From assembly GCA_052426225.1 (NCBI GenBank), contig JBNJNM010000023.1, positions 496,001 to 560,000 on the forward strand: 64,000 nt of DNA, given 5' to 3'. The stretch comes from Zancudomyces culisetae HAW-14-8. Lineage: Eukaryota > Fungi > Kickxellomycota. The notes under the pieces were generated by a model that worked only from the letters and a program-made list of their open reading frames with translations, was not told where the DNA came from and did not search any database. A program made the position numbers and the translations under genes. Positions 12,553-24,134 of the stretch are shown here, in pieces (within the stretch, counting starts at the first letter, position 1; each line of letters begins with the position of its first letter).

Positions 12553-13427
12553 TTATTCTTCACAATCTCTGTATCCGCAATATACGCTATATTGTCCATT
12601 GCTTCTACATACTGTTCCTGGGCCGCATACCATCAAAATAAACTTATCGAAATTACACTGCAGATATTGCGGTTGGTCATGGCCAACACAAGAATACATC
12701 ACACCTGAGCACTTTCCTCCAACTACCAGTATTAATAGTTTTTTTTTAGTACACTTCCACATCGCGTTTTTCAAAGGCAACAACAAACATACGAAATAAT
12801 GATAGAAAAAAAGTAGTAATGTGGACATCCAGGTTCCATAGTTAACCCACAGACGTCCAAAAAACATCAATTAGATGATCTCCCTTCATAAAAAAAGAAA
12901 TGCGTATATTAGCATGCTAGTTCTAACTTACCTACTAACTCGGGCGTAAAGTTTGCGCCGAGGATGCCGTCTTCTTGGGATATATTGGCCAGATCTACAT
13001 TTGTATGGTTTGTTGGTACCTGACCCATATCTAAGTGAACCACACCCGCCTGTTCTGTATTATTATGCCCCATAGTTTGCAGCATCAGATCTGGCTGGCT
13101 TACGTTTGCTTGAGTTTGTACCATACCTTCTAGATTTTCAATTATTTTTTCTATACTTTCCTCTTCAACCATGTCATTCTCATTAAAATTCTCAAAAAAC
13201 TCGTCAACCTCTTGTTCTTCCTCTTGTTCCTCCATTATTTCTACTGTTACATCTCTAATACTAGTTTCTTGTGGAATAAATGGAAACATATTGTCGGGAT
13301 GCACGGAATGATTTTCTAACTGAGATACATTGACATTTTCTGTTGTCAAATGGTTAGCTGCTGTATATTTGCTATTGAAGAGAATTGAAGCGAGTGTTAG
13401 ATGCAATATTCCAGATGTGGTTAGCAT
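12553..13427 (-). CDS. Secreted acidic protein with C-terminal CBM19-like (chitin-binding) Cys module; exons 13427-12932 and 12722-12553
   Basis: Hydrophobic N-terminus and a Glu-rich middle. Donor GTAAGT at 12931 and acceptor AG at 12724-12723 join in frame (~221 aa). C-terminal C-x5-C...YLQCNFDKFILMVCGPGTVC...C resembles CBM19. Confidence 0.6.
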
Positions 13428-16262
13428 TTTTAGTATTTTAATATTTTTTTAAACCTCTTATCTTCTGCTTGTGTATCAGTACAAAGCGTTTGTCTTTTTT
13501 ACAAAGGATTTGTTAGAAACAGAACCATGTATTTATACTTTTTTGAGGGTACAGAGTTATATTTATAGCATAAATTAGTAGTGAGTATATATTAAAATTT
13601 AATATAAGACTATACTTCCAGGTTTTGGGTATGAGCATGTTGGCTAGTAATCTGTTTTGTGGCAATATACATCGTTCTCATTGATACTATTTTCACATTC
13701 AAAATCCATTTACTTTGGTAAAAAAGATAAACTGGCTGCACTACGCATATAGTTGACAGTACAAATGTAACACCTGTATCCTTTCAATTCTAGTGATACC
13801 AGTCATAAAATTTGTTATTAGTGTACTATAATGGTTTTCAGTCTGTTCTAGATGATGAATCTAAACTACTCAAATACACAAGATATGCCAGGAAAATCCG
13901 CCAAAATAACTTTTTACATAGTAGGTTACCTGAATTGGCATCAAAAAACGTACTTTTGACTCTGGATGTGTACACTTGACTGCTTCATTCATGATAGGTC
14001 TGGTTTATTATTTTTTTGAAGACAATAAACACGTTTCAGCACTTGATATTGCTGATTTTTGTTATGAGATTGTGACATCAACTTGGTAACAAAAATAACG
14101 TGACAAATTTTTATATGCTTATAAGTGGCAGCAATAGTTGGTCACGACCATAACAGAGCGTATTTTTACATTTCTGGCAATCTACTTTATTGAGCCTTGT
14201 TATTATGGAAATTTTCTTTGCAAAAAGGGCTGCTTTGAAAGACCAGGATTTTAAATTGTGTCATTATTCTATTAAATCTACCCATAAAAAATGTTTTGTG
14301 GCAAAAAGGTTTAGCATTCTACTATTGCTTATCGGATACAAGTTATCTCGTACAATGCAAATCACAATATACCTCACGTTATAAACCTGAATATGCTATC
14401 ATTAACTTTGCTAAATGCAGAATTTATTTATCTTTGAGTACCACCGGATATGGTAAAACTAGAATCATAAGTATTTTTGAGTACCTGAGTTCCATTTTTT
14501 ATGCTCTATAAGAAAATAAAAAAAGTGAGCACCCAAACATTATGTTTATTATATGTTAATGTTGGTGCAAAATTAAAATTCTGTTTGAGGCGTGATACTC
14601 GGGTTTACATTACACGATCGCAGTATAGGACGAATCATATTACATACCGTAGCGTCATATTGGTAAACTTCATTCATTCAAACACGCAGGATGGATTACG
14701 CCGCTTGCAGATGACACTCACCAAAACACACGCATACTATCTGAAATACAGTGATGTCAACCAAAGATATTTTAGTAGAAATGTTTAAAAAATGAAAGCG
14801 CTGAAGCAGAGGGTAAATTTATGTGTCATTAATTACTATTTTTTTTTGAAGGTGATGTGATGTTTGTATAACTAAAAATGCTGATCAATTAAGTCCAAAT
14901 ATGATACTTCGAATGTAAAAGTTGGAAGGGTCCTATAAAATGTACATTGGCACAATTTTTATCAAACTCTTAAATTCGCATATGGGAATGAGTAGGTAAA
15001 AACCAATTCATGAAAGATTAAGATTCAACGCAGCATTAGAAAAATCACTGAGGCGTTTGCAAGTCTAGAAAGTAACATAATGATAAAAAGAGATGAATGG
15101 ATGCAAATTTTTTGAGAGGTTTGTTCGAGGTAGCATGGGTAAAGAAAATACAGGAGAAATCAATGAGAATGAGACTGAAAGTGTGAGTGAGAATGCTGGA
15201 AACAATGATAAAAGCTTAAACAGGCTTGCGTATGAATGTGCGCAAGGAATAGAAGCAAACACTAGTATATAGTGGTAACACACTTGGATTACACATTTTA
15301 AGGTTATAAGGCTATAAGGATGCCAAAAAAAATAATCGACAAATGAGTCTGGAATTCCATAGAAAAAAATGTCTGAAATAGTAGCCTGTTAGTTGCTAGG
15401 CTTTGTATAGTACAGCTTTAACTGTATTAAAATATAAATTCTAGGTATCCAGAGAACTTCTGCATCGGAAATATATTTCAATATTGTTCAAAGCGAGTAT
15501 CCTGGTATAGGTTGCAGAAAGTGCACCGTTTTAAAAAAAATAAAGCAGATGGACGCAACCAGGCATGTAGCATAAGTTTACTTTTAGTCATGGTTATGGT
15601 TGTGGTCGTGTTCTATTCAAAGCTAGATACGGATATGACTGTATATAAGAGGCCTGTATTTGCGCAAATGTACTTTATTTTGCGATACATCAATTAACAT
15701 AACTCTCCTTGCTTATACAAAGAAAAACGAACTAATAATATGTACTTACCCATTGGTCAAAGCTAAAGACGAATCGAAGATAAAATATCTGATACATATT
15801 TTCGCTCAACTAGTGGATCGTAGAAACATGTGCGGGGGGTTGTAATTTGTGCTCATATTGTGAATACCAATAAAGTAAGATTATTTTAGTAGATGGTACG
15901 CGTATGTCTAAGCAATTGTGTGTAGTGTTAATAGTAAACCAATAAATGCTCTTGAGAATGAACACACCAACAACCTGTGAAAAAGGATAATTAAAAACGC
16001 CAGAATAGAGGATAAGTATGTGTATTAGAGAACCATCAGTAACTGTCTAGCAGTTCATTATCTTTCTTTTTAAACGTTTTTATATTCACGCATAATAATA
16101 ATTGTCCTAGAGTTAGTTTATACTTGTAAAGTGATTAACAGTTTATATTCAAAGTTAAGTTACAGGTGATTTTTTAAAACACTAGGATAAAATAAGAATT
16201 GAAACAGTCGAAATTCAACTTTTATTTAAAAAAAAGTAAGGAAAGGATATAGATTACAGAAT

Positions 16263-17222
16263 ATGGATCTGGAGGAACAAGATGCAGTTATAAGAGTGCT
16301 TTGGTCAATGTACTTATCGATAGTAATAAGTATCTGTCTAGTCACGATTGGCTGGTATTTATTTTTACTCGTAATAGACAGTAAAGCCGTAAATAGAATA
16401 ATAATAAGACTGGTTGTCATAGCACAAGTAGCAGGTGTTGGTAGGGTAGGACCATATTTGATTATAGCGAATCTAACAGGAAGTTCGGATTCTTGTAGAA
16501 ATTTGAAAATAATATTTGGGTATTTTTCTGTACTTCAAGTTTATATGGTGATGGCGGTTATACTCCACATGTTACTAATATTCAGATATCATAAAAAAAA
16601 TGTCGAACGGTATGAAGTAGGATACTATGTTTTTGCGGCCACAATTTCTGGTCTGTCGATTTTGCAATTCTTAATTGACGGGAAAGCCGGTATTAAGATG
16701 TTGATGGGATGTGGGTATCTCCTTATAACATCAGGAACAGGATTTAGTACTGTGGTAATATTGTATTATCTGTCGGAACTAGTTGGTAGCATTTTATCCG
16801 TAATATTTTTGATATTGTTATTTATAACAGTCGCAAACCGACATAGATCATCAGTTAATGATGCAGAGGGTCGATTAAAATTGACTTTACAGTTCTCCGA
16901 ACTCAATTACAGATACAATAACTCGGTTATCCGGCGGATGTTTTTAAGACTCCTGTGGTATCCAATACTTCCTGTTGCAGTATTACTGGCGATTACATTG
17001 AGTGTTATAGTAGAAGCTGTCGGGTATAGAATACCACATGTTGTATATGCAATTATAATCATATCTTCTACACTAGGAGAAGTAGGGTTAGCGTATTTTT
17101 TTTTTACAGATCCAATTATTAAACGAACCCTGCAGAGCGATAGAGAGTGGTATAACTTGAAGGTTTGGGTAGCAAAAAAATTCTGTAAACAAGTGTATCC
17201 AGATAGGATTGATGAGTCTTAG
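16263..17222 (+). CDS. Seven-transmembrane GPCR-like membrane protein
   Basis: 319 aa with about seven hydrophobic segments, a Cys before TM3, RLLWYP in TM6 and FFFTDP at the end of TM7, as in fungal cAMP-receptor/Git3-like receptors. Confidence 0.6.
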   Translation: MDLEEQDAVIRVLWSMYLSIVISICLVTIGWYLFLLVIDSKAVNRIIIRLVVIAQVAGVGRVGPYLIIANLTGSSDSCRNLKIIFGYFSVLQVYMVMAVILHMLLIFRYHKKNVERYEVGYYVFAATISGLSILQFLIDGKAGIKMLMGCGYLLITSGTGFSTVVILYYLSELVGSILSVIFLILLFITVANRHRSSVNDAEGRLKLTLQFSELNYRYNNSVIRRMFLRLLWYPILPVAVLLAITLSVIVEAVGYRIPHVVYAIIIISSTLGEVGLAYFFFTDPIIKRTLQSDREWYNLKVWVAKKFCKQVYPDRIDES

Positions 17223-18089
17223 ACAGTCATTAGAAAAATAGATATCTTGTTATATGGTTGTTGAATTTTAGTCATTGTTTAAAAAACTATTCGTAACTGT
17301 ACGAATGTCATCTAATTATGGGAATGTTATTTAAAAAAAACTAAATTAAGCTTAATATAAAAAATTGTAAATTCACGAATACAAAAGCAACTAATGTTAG
17401 TTGATTAAAGTAATACTTCATTCCAAGAGTCACTGTATTTAAACTTTAATAAATGTCGTATTAATTTGGCTAATTGAATGAAGTGAAAGCTTAAAAATTT
17501 ATGTGAACATCGATATACAATGACCCACCCAACTTCCACGTATATCTATCTCAATGTTAGTAAATAAGCAAATGGGGAGAGGAAAAACCAGCTTATAATA
17601 TTAAAATTTAAGGTATTTGTTGGGTTAAATATAGAATAATAATATTAGATATAGCAATAATGTGAAATAATTACCCATTCGATAGGTGCCCCAAGTTTTG
17701 TGAAATATCATAATCAAGTCATACGTACTGATGTTTTTTATAAAGTTCCTAAAGTACGATCTACACAGATTGGATGATATGTGACTGGATTAGTTTGTAT
17801 AACATGGTTATTTTGATTATAAAGAATTATGATTAGAATTAATCTACATAAATATTATAAAAAACAATAATTCATTTAGCTAGAAATAATAAAAACATAT
17901 ATCATTTAACTTCATTGACCAGGTACAGTTATTTTGTACCTAATATTTATTAATAATGTTATCTTTCCTAGATACTAAAAAACTTTAACCATTTATAAAT
18001 TTTCAAAACTACCAAATGGTCAAATTTCGTATCAAAAATTGAAGATTAAAGAAAAATCTAGAGGGTTCGAATTGTGTACTAAAATTTCT

Positions 18090-21000
18090 TTGAAATTTTT
18101 CTTCAATCGGATAAATACGCCTGATGTGTGTGTATGCCATCTTTATACCATTTCGAAAATACTCACCAAATTCTAGAATATAATTTGATTCGCTAATTTT
18201 ATACTAATAAAATGAGTAAAAATTGATAAAATTTTGTACATGAAAAACTTTCACAAATGCTTATCAATCTGACAATCGTACTTGTTATGTAATTCTTATC
18301 TTATTTTTTTTCTCAGGTATTAACCGAACAACAAATTGAAGCAAATTTGAAATCAATTACAAGTAATTACTCTATTAAAAATCGATATCTTAGACATTAT
18401 AATATTGAAATTGATCAAACCAAAAAATAAACAAAAAAACTAAAATTTAAGGCAAAAGTATAAACTATACCATTCTGTTCAGGAAAATTTGCTGATCATT
18501 TCTATATAGGTCTTAAAAAAAGTATTTTTTACAAAAAATCCAAGCAATATACAGGCAGTAGAACTACATAGTATGTCTAACAATGAAAGAAACCATACAT
18601 ATATGCCACCACAATGGGCATTGCAGCTTACTGAGCAGATTGAATTATTGGAAACCATATTATCCAGCGTCGAAAGAGGCCCGGATATCGCTATGGCACC
18701 GGTTCCAGCCTCAGAAGACGCTGAGATGGTCCCCGAGGTTCAGTATGTGGTCGAAAGACCAGCCACATACGATCTTAAGCTCTATCCTGAACTCAGACAT
18801 GCTATTACAAGCATGGATAAAGACTTTTTTAAAAGTCAACTATCTGAGACGGATAGGCGAACCTTTTATGCCTCGTGTCCACGCAACGAGGGCATGGAAT
18901 ATACACCGCCAAGCCTTCCAGATATGGGACAGAGTCAATCGGCTAGGCGCCAAGACGCAGCATTATACGACCTTCAGTATAAGCTGTCAGGCATTACCAG
19001 ACCGATTGACTATTTCATCCACCAGTGCATTCAAGGCGATGGAGCTGTTAACAGGAAGGACGCCGTTGATTTTGCCAACAATATCAGAGATTTGGTCAGT
19101 GATGTGGCATCTACCATCACCCAACAGAGAATTGATTACATGTTCAGATCAATGGGAATTCAGGGAAGCACCCCTAAGTTTAGGGAGGAAGACCAGAACC
19201 TCATTATTGAACCAGCCAAGATCATCGAGCATATATCAGCACGCGACCAGCTCAGAAAGTCAGTATCACAAGCCAAGCAGAACACCAGAGCCAACGTATC
19301 CAGACGGTTGGGACCCAGAATGCAGCCCGTTACCACGTTTCAGCATAGCCCGGGTCAGTCAAGCCAGTCTCCGGCGCCTCAGCAGAGTGTTCAGAGGTAT
19401 ACGCAATCCCAGCGCTCTCAAACTCTCAACTCTAGTGCCCCTCGCCCTTTTGGATCCAAGCACAGGGCAGCGAAGAGACAGTAGGAGGAAGGCTTGCCCA
19501 GTACCAGGCAGCCTGGCAAAGACTCACAGACGACAGATGGGTACAGTCCGTGATAACCGAGGGATTCAGAACCCCCTTCCATACCCAACCACCGACCACG
19601 TCGCAGCCACGGTCGAGACCACCTCCGGCGAGCAGAGCAGCCAGAGAGACCTTAGAGGCAGAGATCATAAGCCTCTTGGCCAAGAGGGCCATCGAGGAAG
19701 TGGGCAGAAGCGACCAGAAACGCTTCTACTCAAGCCTCTTCCTCGTCCCAATGAAATCAGGAGAGTTGAGACCGGTTTTGAACCTAAAACCCCTCAACCA
19801 ATACGTCCCTCCCCGGTCCTTCAAGATGGAAACACTGCAGCAAACCTGCAGGATCATCAAGAGAAAGGACTGGATGGCAAGTATCGACTTAAGAGATGCC
19901 TTCCTCCACGTATTATTGAACAAGGCATCAAGAAAATACGTAAGGTTTACCTGGGGAAGGAAGCTGTACCAGTTCCGAGTCCTTCCCTTCGGTCTCTCTT
20001 TAAGTCCCTGGACCTTCACGAAGGTCCTGAAGCCCGTGCTCAGATGGGCGAGGCAGAGAGGAATCAGATTGACAGCTTATCTAGACGATTTGCTGGTCTT
20101 GGGCGACTCAAAAGACCGGTGTGCCCAAAACGTCAGCCTCCTCCTCAAAAAACGGGCAAAGGTAGGCTTCTTGATCAAGGAGCCAAAGTCATCCCTAATT
20201 CCAAGCCAAGTTATCGATCACTTGGGGATGACTATCAACAGCCGCGAGATGTCACTGAAGGTCCCCAAGGACAAGAAGCGGGATCTCAGACGGGAAACCG
20301 AGAAGCTGATCAATCGCGGGTCAGCTTCCCTCAGAAACCTGGCATCATTCATCGGGAGGGCCCAGTCGCTTTCGATTGCGCTGCTCCCGGGTCGTCTCAG
20401 GCTCAGGCGCCTTCAGGAGGCCATGATCAGGGGCCTCAAGGAACATGAAGACTGGAATGCGACAGTTTTTCTACCTCCTCCAGCCATCGAGAACCTGAAA
20501 TGGTGGGCTATACAGCTCAAACAGTGGAACGGGAGGTCATTTATACCCGAAGTTCCCTCCAAGGAGATATTTACAGACGCCAGCGACAAGGGATGGGGTA
20601 TAGTGACAGACATCAGAACATACAGTGGGACATGGGACAAGTTTTGGAGCCAGCAGCCAATCAATGTCAAGGAACTACAGGTAGTTCAGATGGCCCTCAG
20701 GCTTCCAGAAGTCATCGGGAGGAGCATTCTGCTCTATTGCGACAACAATCGACGATCGCATACGTCAAGAATCAAGGTGGGACTCGCTCCTCGAAACTTT
20801 TGGAGGTAGCCGAAGGTTTATGGAACTTCTGTTTGACGTCGAGGACACGCCCACAGATCGATTACATCCCTTCAGCGATCAATCCAGCAGATGCGCCATC
20901 CAGAATGACAGCGCAAGTGGAATGGGAGATATCTCCCAGGATGTTCAGCAAGATAGATCGGATGTTCGGTCCCCACGACATCGATCTATTTGCCTCAGCG

Positions 21001-22898
21001 ACCAACAAGAAGGTTCCCTTGTACATGACCTGGTACAGGGACCCGTTGGCGGTAGCCTCCAATGCTCTCCGTTACCATTGGAACCCATGGAGGAACCCTT
21101 ACATCTGTCCTCCATGGAACTTGATACCCCAGGTCATCCAAAAGGTCAGGAGGGAGAAACTTTCCGTGACCTTGGTGACCCCATACTGGAAGTCGAGCCT
21201 TTGGTTCCCGGATCTCAGGGCCCTGTCGACCTCCAGTCCACTTCTGATCCCTGCCCGGGAAGTTCTAGCAGACCCCTCAAGCGGAAAACGCCTCATGAAC
21301 AAGAACAAGAGCTGGAGGCTAGCCGCTTGGAGGTTAAGCGGTCACGGTATGTCGAAGCGGGACTCAACGATCATGCCTTGACGCTTATTACCAGTAATCA
21401 CAAGTCTATCCACCTTGATAGACGTTACTCCCTAGCTCACAGGAAGTTTCTCGCTTACATCAGCGAGTTATCTATTACTATGGACAAGGTCTCCGCTTCA
21501 GACGTCATAAACTACTTATCGGATGGACGATATAACTTAAAATGGTCCTATAACACGATAAAATACAACAGTGCAGCTATAACTAACTTGCTACCAGACA
21601 GAAGGATCATTAACGACAGTTGGTTGTATAAAGAGTTTATTCAATCAATTAACACTTTAAAAACTATTAACCTATGTTCTAATCACTATGACATAACACT
21701 TATAGCTATAAATCTAAGGGACTGGGGACCCAACACACAACTTAGTATTCATAAGCTTACTCAGAAGCTTTGTTTCCTTCTCGGTATATGTGGCTTCATG
21801 AGACCGAGTGACATTGAAAGGATTGACCAAAGCATGGCGACAGTGACAGAAAGATTTATAAGGCTCACATTGTGGAGCCTAAAGAGAATCAAATGGGCCT
21901 ATCCATCACCAAGACAGTCACTATCAACAAGCATTCACTCGCTTACTTATGTCCAGTGCTAACATACATCGAGTATGTTAACTGATCGGGTCCATCTACT
22001 TTATCTCACCCTAGGAACAATAAAACTATCATTTTCTACCACATCAGGGCAGTTAATAAAAACAAAATAGAGGCACAGAGGATTGGCAACATATAAATTT
22101 GTTTATTTAAATTACCGAAAATAATCAAAAGACCTAAAGCTAGGGCATTGGGATCTACAATCACAACAGATGATGGAGCAAACATCGATGATATAGTCGC
22201 ACATGGATTCTGGTCGTCTAGACTCGTCTTTGATTCGCTCTACAGATTGTCACGAGAATCTCGAACCAATCTAACCGAATCCATATTTAGAAATAACTCT
22301 GAATGAATATCAAGCGTATTTTTGCGATTGAAGTACAATTACAATTTGGTTGAATGTAAATGAAAACCGTAGGTAATTGTACGAAGAGGAAAAATACGCT
22401 TGATCCCACTCATCCACCCCCAATATACACCTGCTCAAAAAACAATTACTCGATTTAAGATTAGGAATCAGATTGGATAGATTGGAATCTAAATCTCGAT
22501 TTCCAATTATTCGCCCTATAATTACTATTATTTATATTATTTACTATTACTATTTATTACTATGAGTGCTAATAACTGATGAGCAGTGTTCTACGCGTGA
22601 ACTACGCGCGTACTGCTGTAGTCAAACAGTAGCACTGAAGTAGTCCAAAACATAGCACGCTGCAAATGGTGAAGAATTTCAAATAAAGTAGATAGTCAGA
22701 TTGATCGTTATTTGCGAAAATATTTTTCAAGCAAAAATTACTGATAAAATTTCTACTATTTTTATTATCTTAATTAGCGAATCAATTTCTAGAATAGAAT
22801 TTGGTGAGTATTTTCGAAATGAAATAAAGGCTGTGCACTTTAGCATATTTTCCTCTATATACAATTTTTTTGGTATGCATTTTCATTCAACCTAATTG
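18090..22898 (+). mobile_element. Full-length DIRS1-like retrotransposon copy 2 (gag, RT/RNase H/MT, tyrosine recombinase, ITRs, ICR)
   Basis: gag 18573-19484. RT-RH 19436-20750 (VGGRL, LPFGL, YLDD, FTDAS, YCDN). MT domain after a frameshift (DLFAS, CPPW; to 21381). YR (GFMRPSDI, then frameshifted KARALGST, AHGFWSS, LYR to ~22305). ITRs at ~18090-18290 and ~22688-22898; ICR 22308-22404. Confidence 0.93.
22308..22404 (+). repeat. DIRS internal complementary region (ICR)
   Basis: Its reverse complement reads as the element's right end (22842-22898, ...CATTCAACCTAATTG) joined to its left end (18090-18125, ...CTTCAATCGGATAAATACGCCTGAT). Confidence 0.85.
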
Positions 22899-24134
22899 TT
22901 TGTCGAAATCAATCAAAAATTATACTATTTGGACTACTAATCTTTATGCAGAGTTTGCATGGTCCCAACTTATTTATTGACAATTGTCATTTAGCAACGT
23001 TTTTCTAAATCCTATATTGTCATATATTTGATGGTCTTGTAAGAATTTTAATACTCCTTCAAAACGATTTTAACATCTCATTCCATTGTTATTGATATTT
23101 GATAATGAACTTCCGTTCCCCCATTAAGTTAATTCCATATTGTAATCCATGAGTATTTTTTCTCCCAGGTATTTACCCTTTCAGCTTTAGAGTATGTATA
23201 TATATGTCGTATATTATTTATCTTTGTGGTTATTATCTTATTTTCTAGTAAAAAGTCAGGTATTTTGTGCCAGTACTCTCTTAATCGTTTGCATTAATAA
23301 ATCAGTGTTTATTGTGTATTTTTTTTTTGCGGAGTTACAGTTACTATTTCATTATTTATTAAACCATTTTATTTTTTTTCATAAATGTATACATTTCAAA
23401 TTTTTATTGTATTTGTTCCTAATTTTAGTTTCAATTGTGATACAAGCCTCACATAAGTATTGTGTAGTCTCGAATAATATGTGTGGTGCGTTGTTTTTTA
23501 ATCATCAGCTTTACCGATTGTTTATGTGGTGTTGGTGATAGTATTGTGATATTTGTTAAAAATAGTGGTTATTAATCATAATTAAATACTTGTCTGTTAA
23601 TATTTAAGGTATTGTTCATCCAAGAAAAAAAATTTTTTGGGCTAAATAAAACAGAATAGATGATAAATTACCGAAACCGCAAAAGGGTCGCGTTATATTG
23701 AATAAGAAAGTTAGTGATTGAACAATTATCATTTGGATAGAGCTGACCAAAATCGGGGAAATTAGGAATCTTTTTGTATTTTATAGCGGTTACCTTGGAA
23801 TGGTATACAATTCATATTCTTTTGAGAGCATAATACAGAAAAATAGCAACCAGTAGTTAAAGTATTGTGTTATCAGAAAATACACTTGTATTTATGGTGG
23901 ATTGATATAACTTAACTTCAAATGTTGGCACAGTCAGATACAATTGGTATTTGACTGCGAAAAAGTATAAATATGCAACTTTTGGTGTAATTAATAATTA
24001 GCTCAAACTCCCCCCTAGTATATTCTATTCCTATATATAATACTTAAAAATTAATCTAAGACGAGAATTTATTGTTAAAAAACTAGTTTAAAGAAAATTT
24101 AATTAAAAGAGCTATTACAAACAAGTAATAAAAA

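Noticed and set aside
13900-15900. Short ORFs and a purine-rich coding-like stretch near 14890-15290
   Set aside because: No recognisable motifs and several stops; may be a gene relic but unsupported.
22576-22640. Canonical hammerhead ribozyme
   Set aside because: CUGAUGA is present but there is no correctly placed GAAA and cleavage triplet; kept only as a structured-RNA finding.
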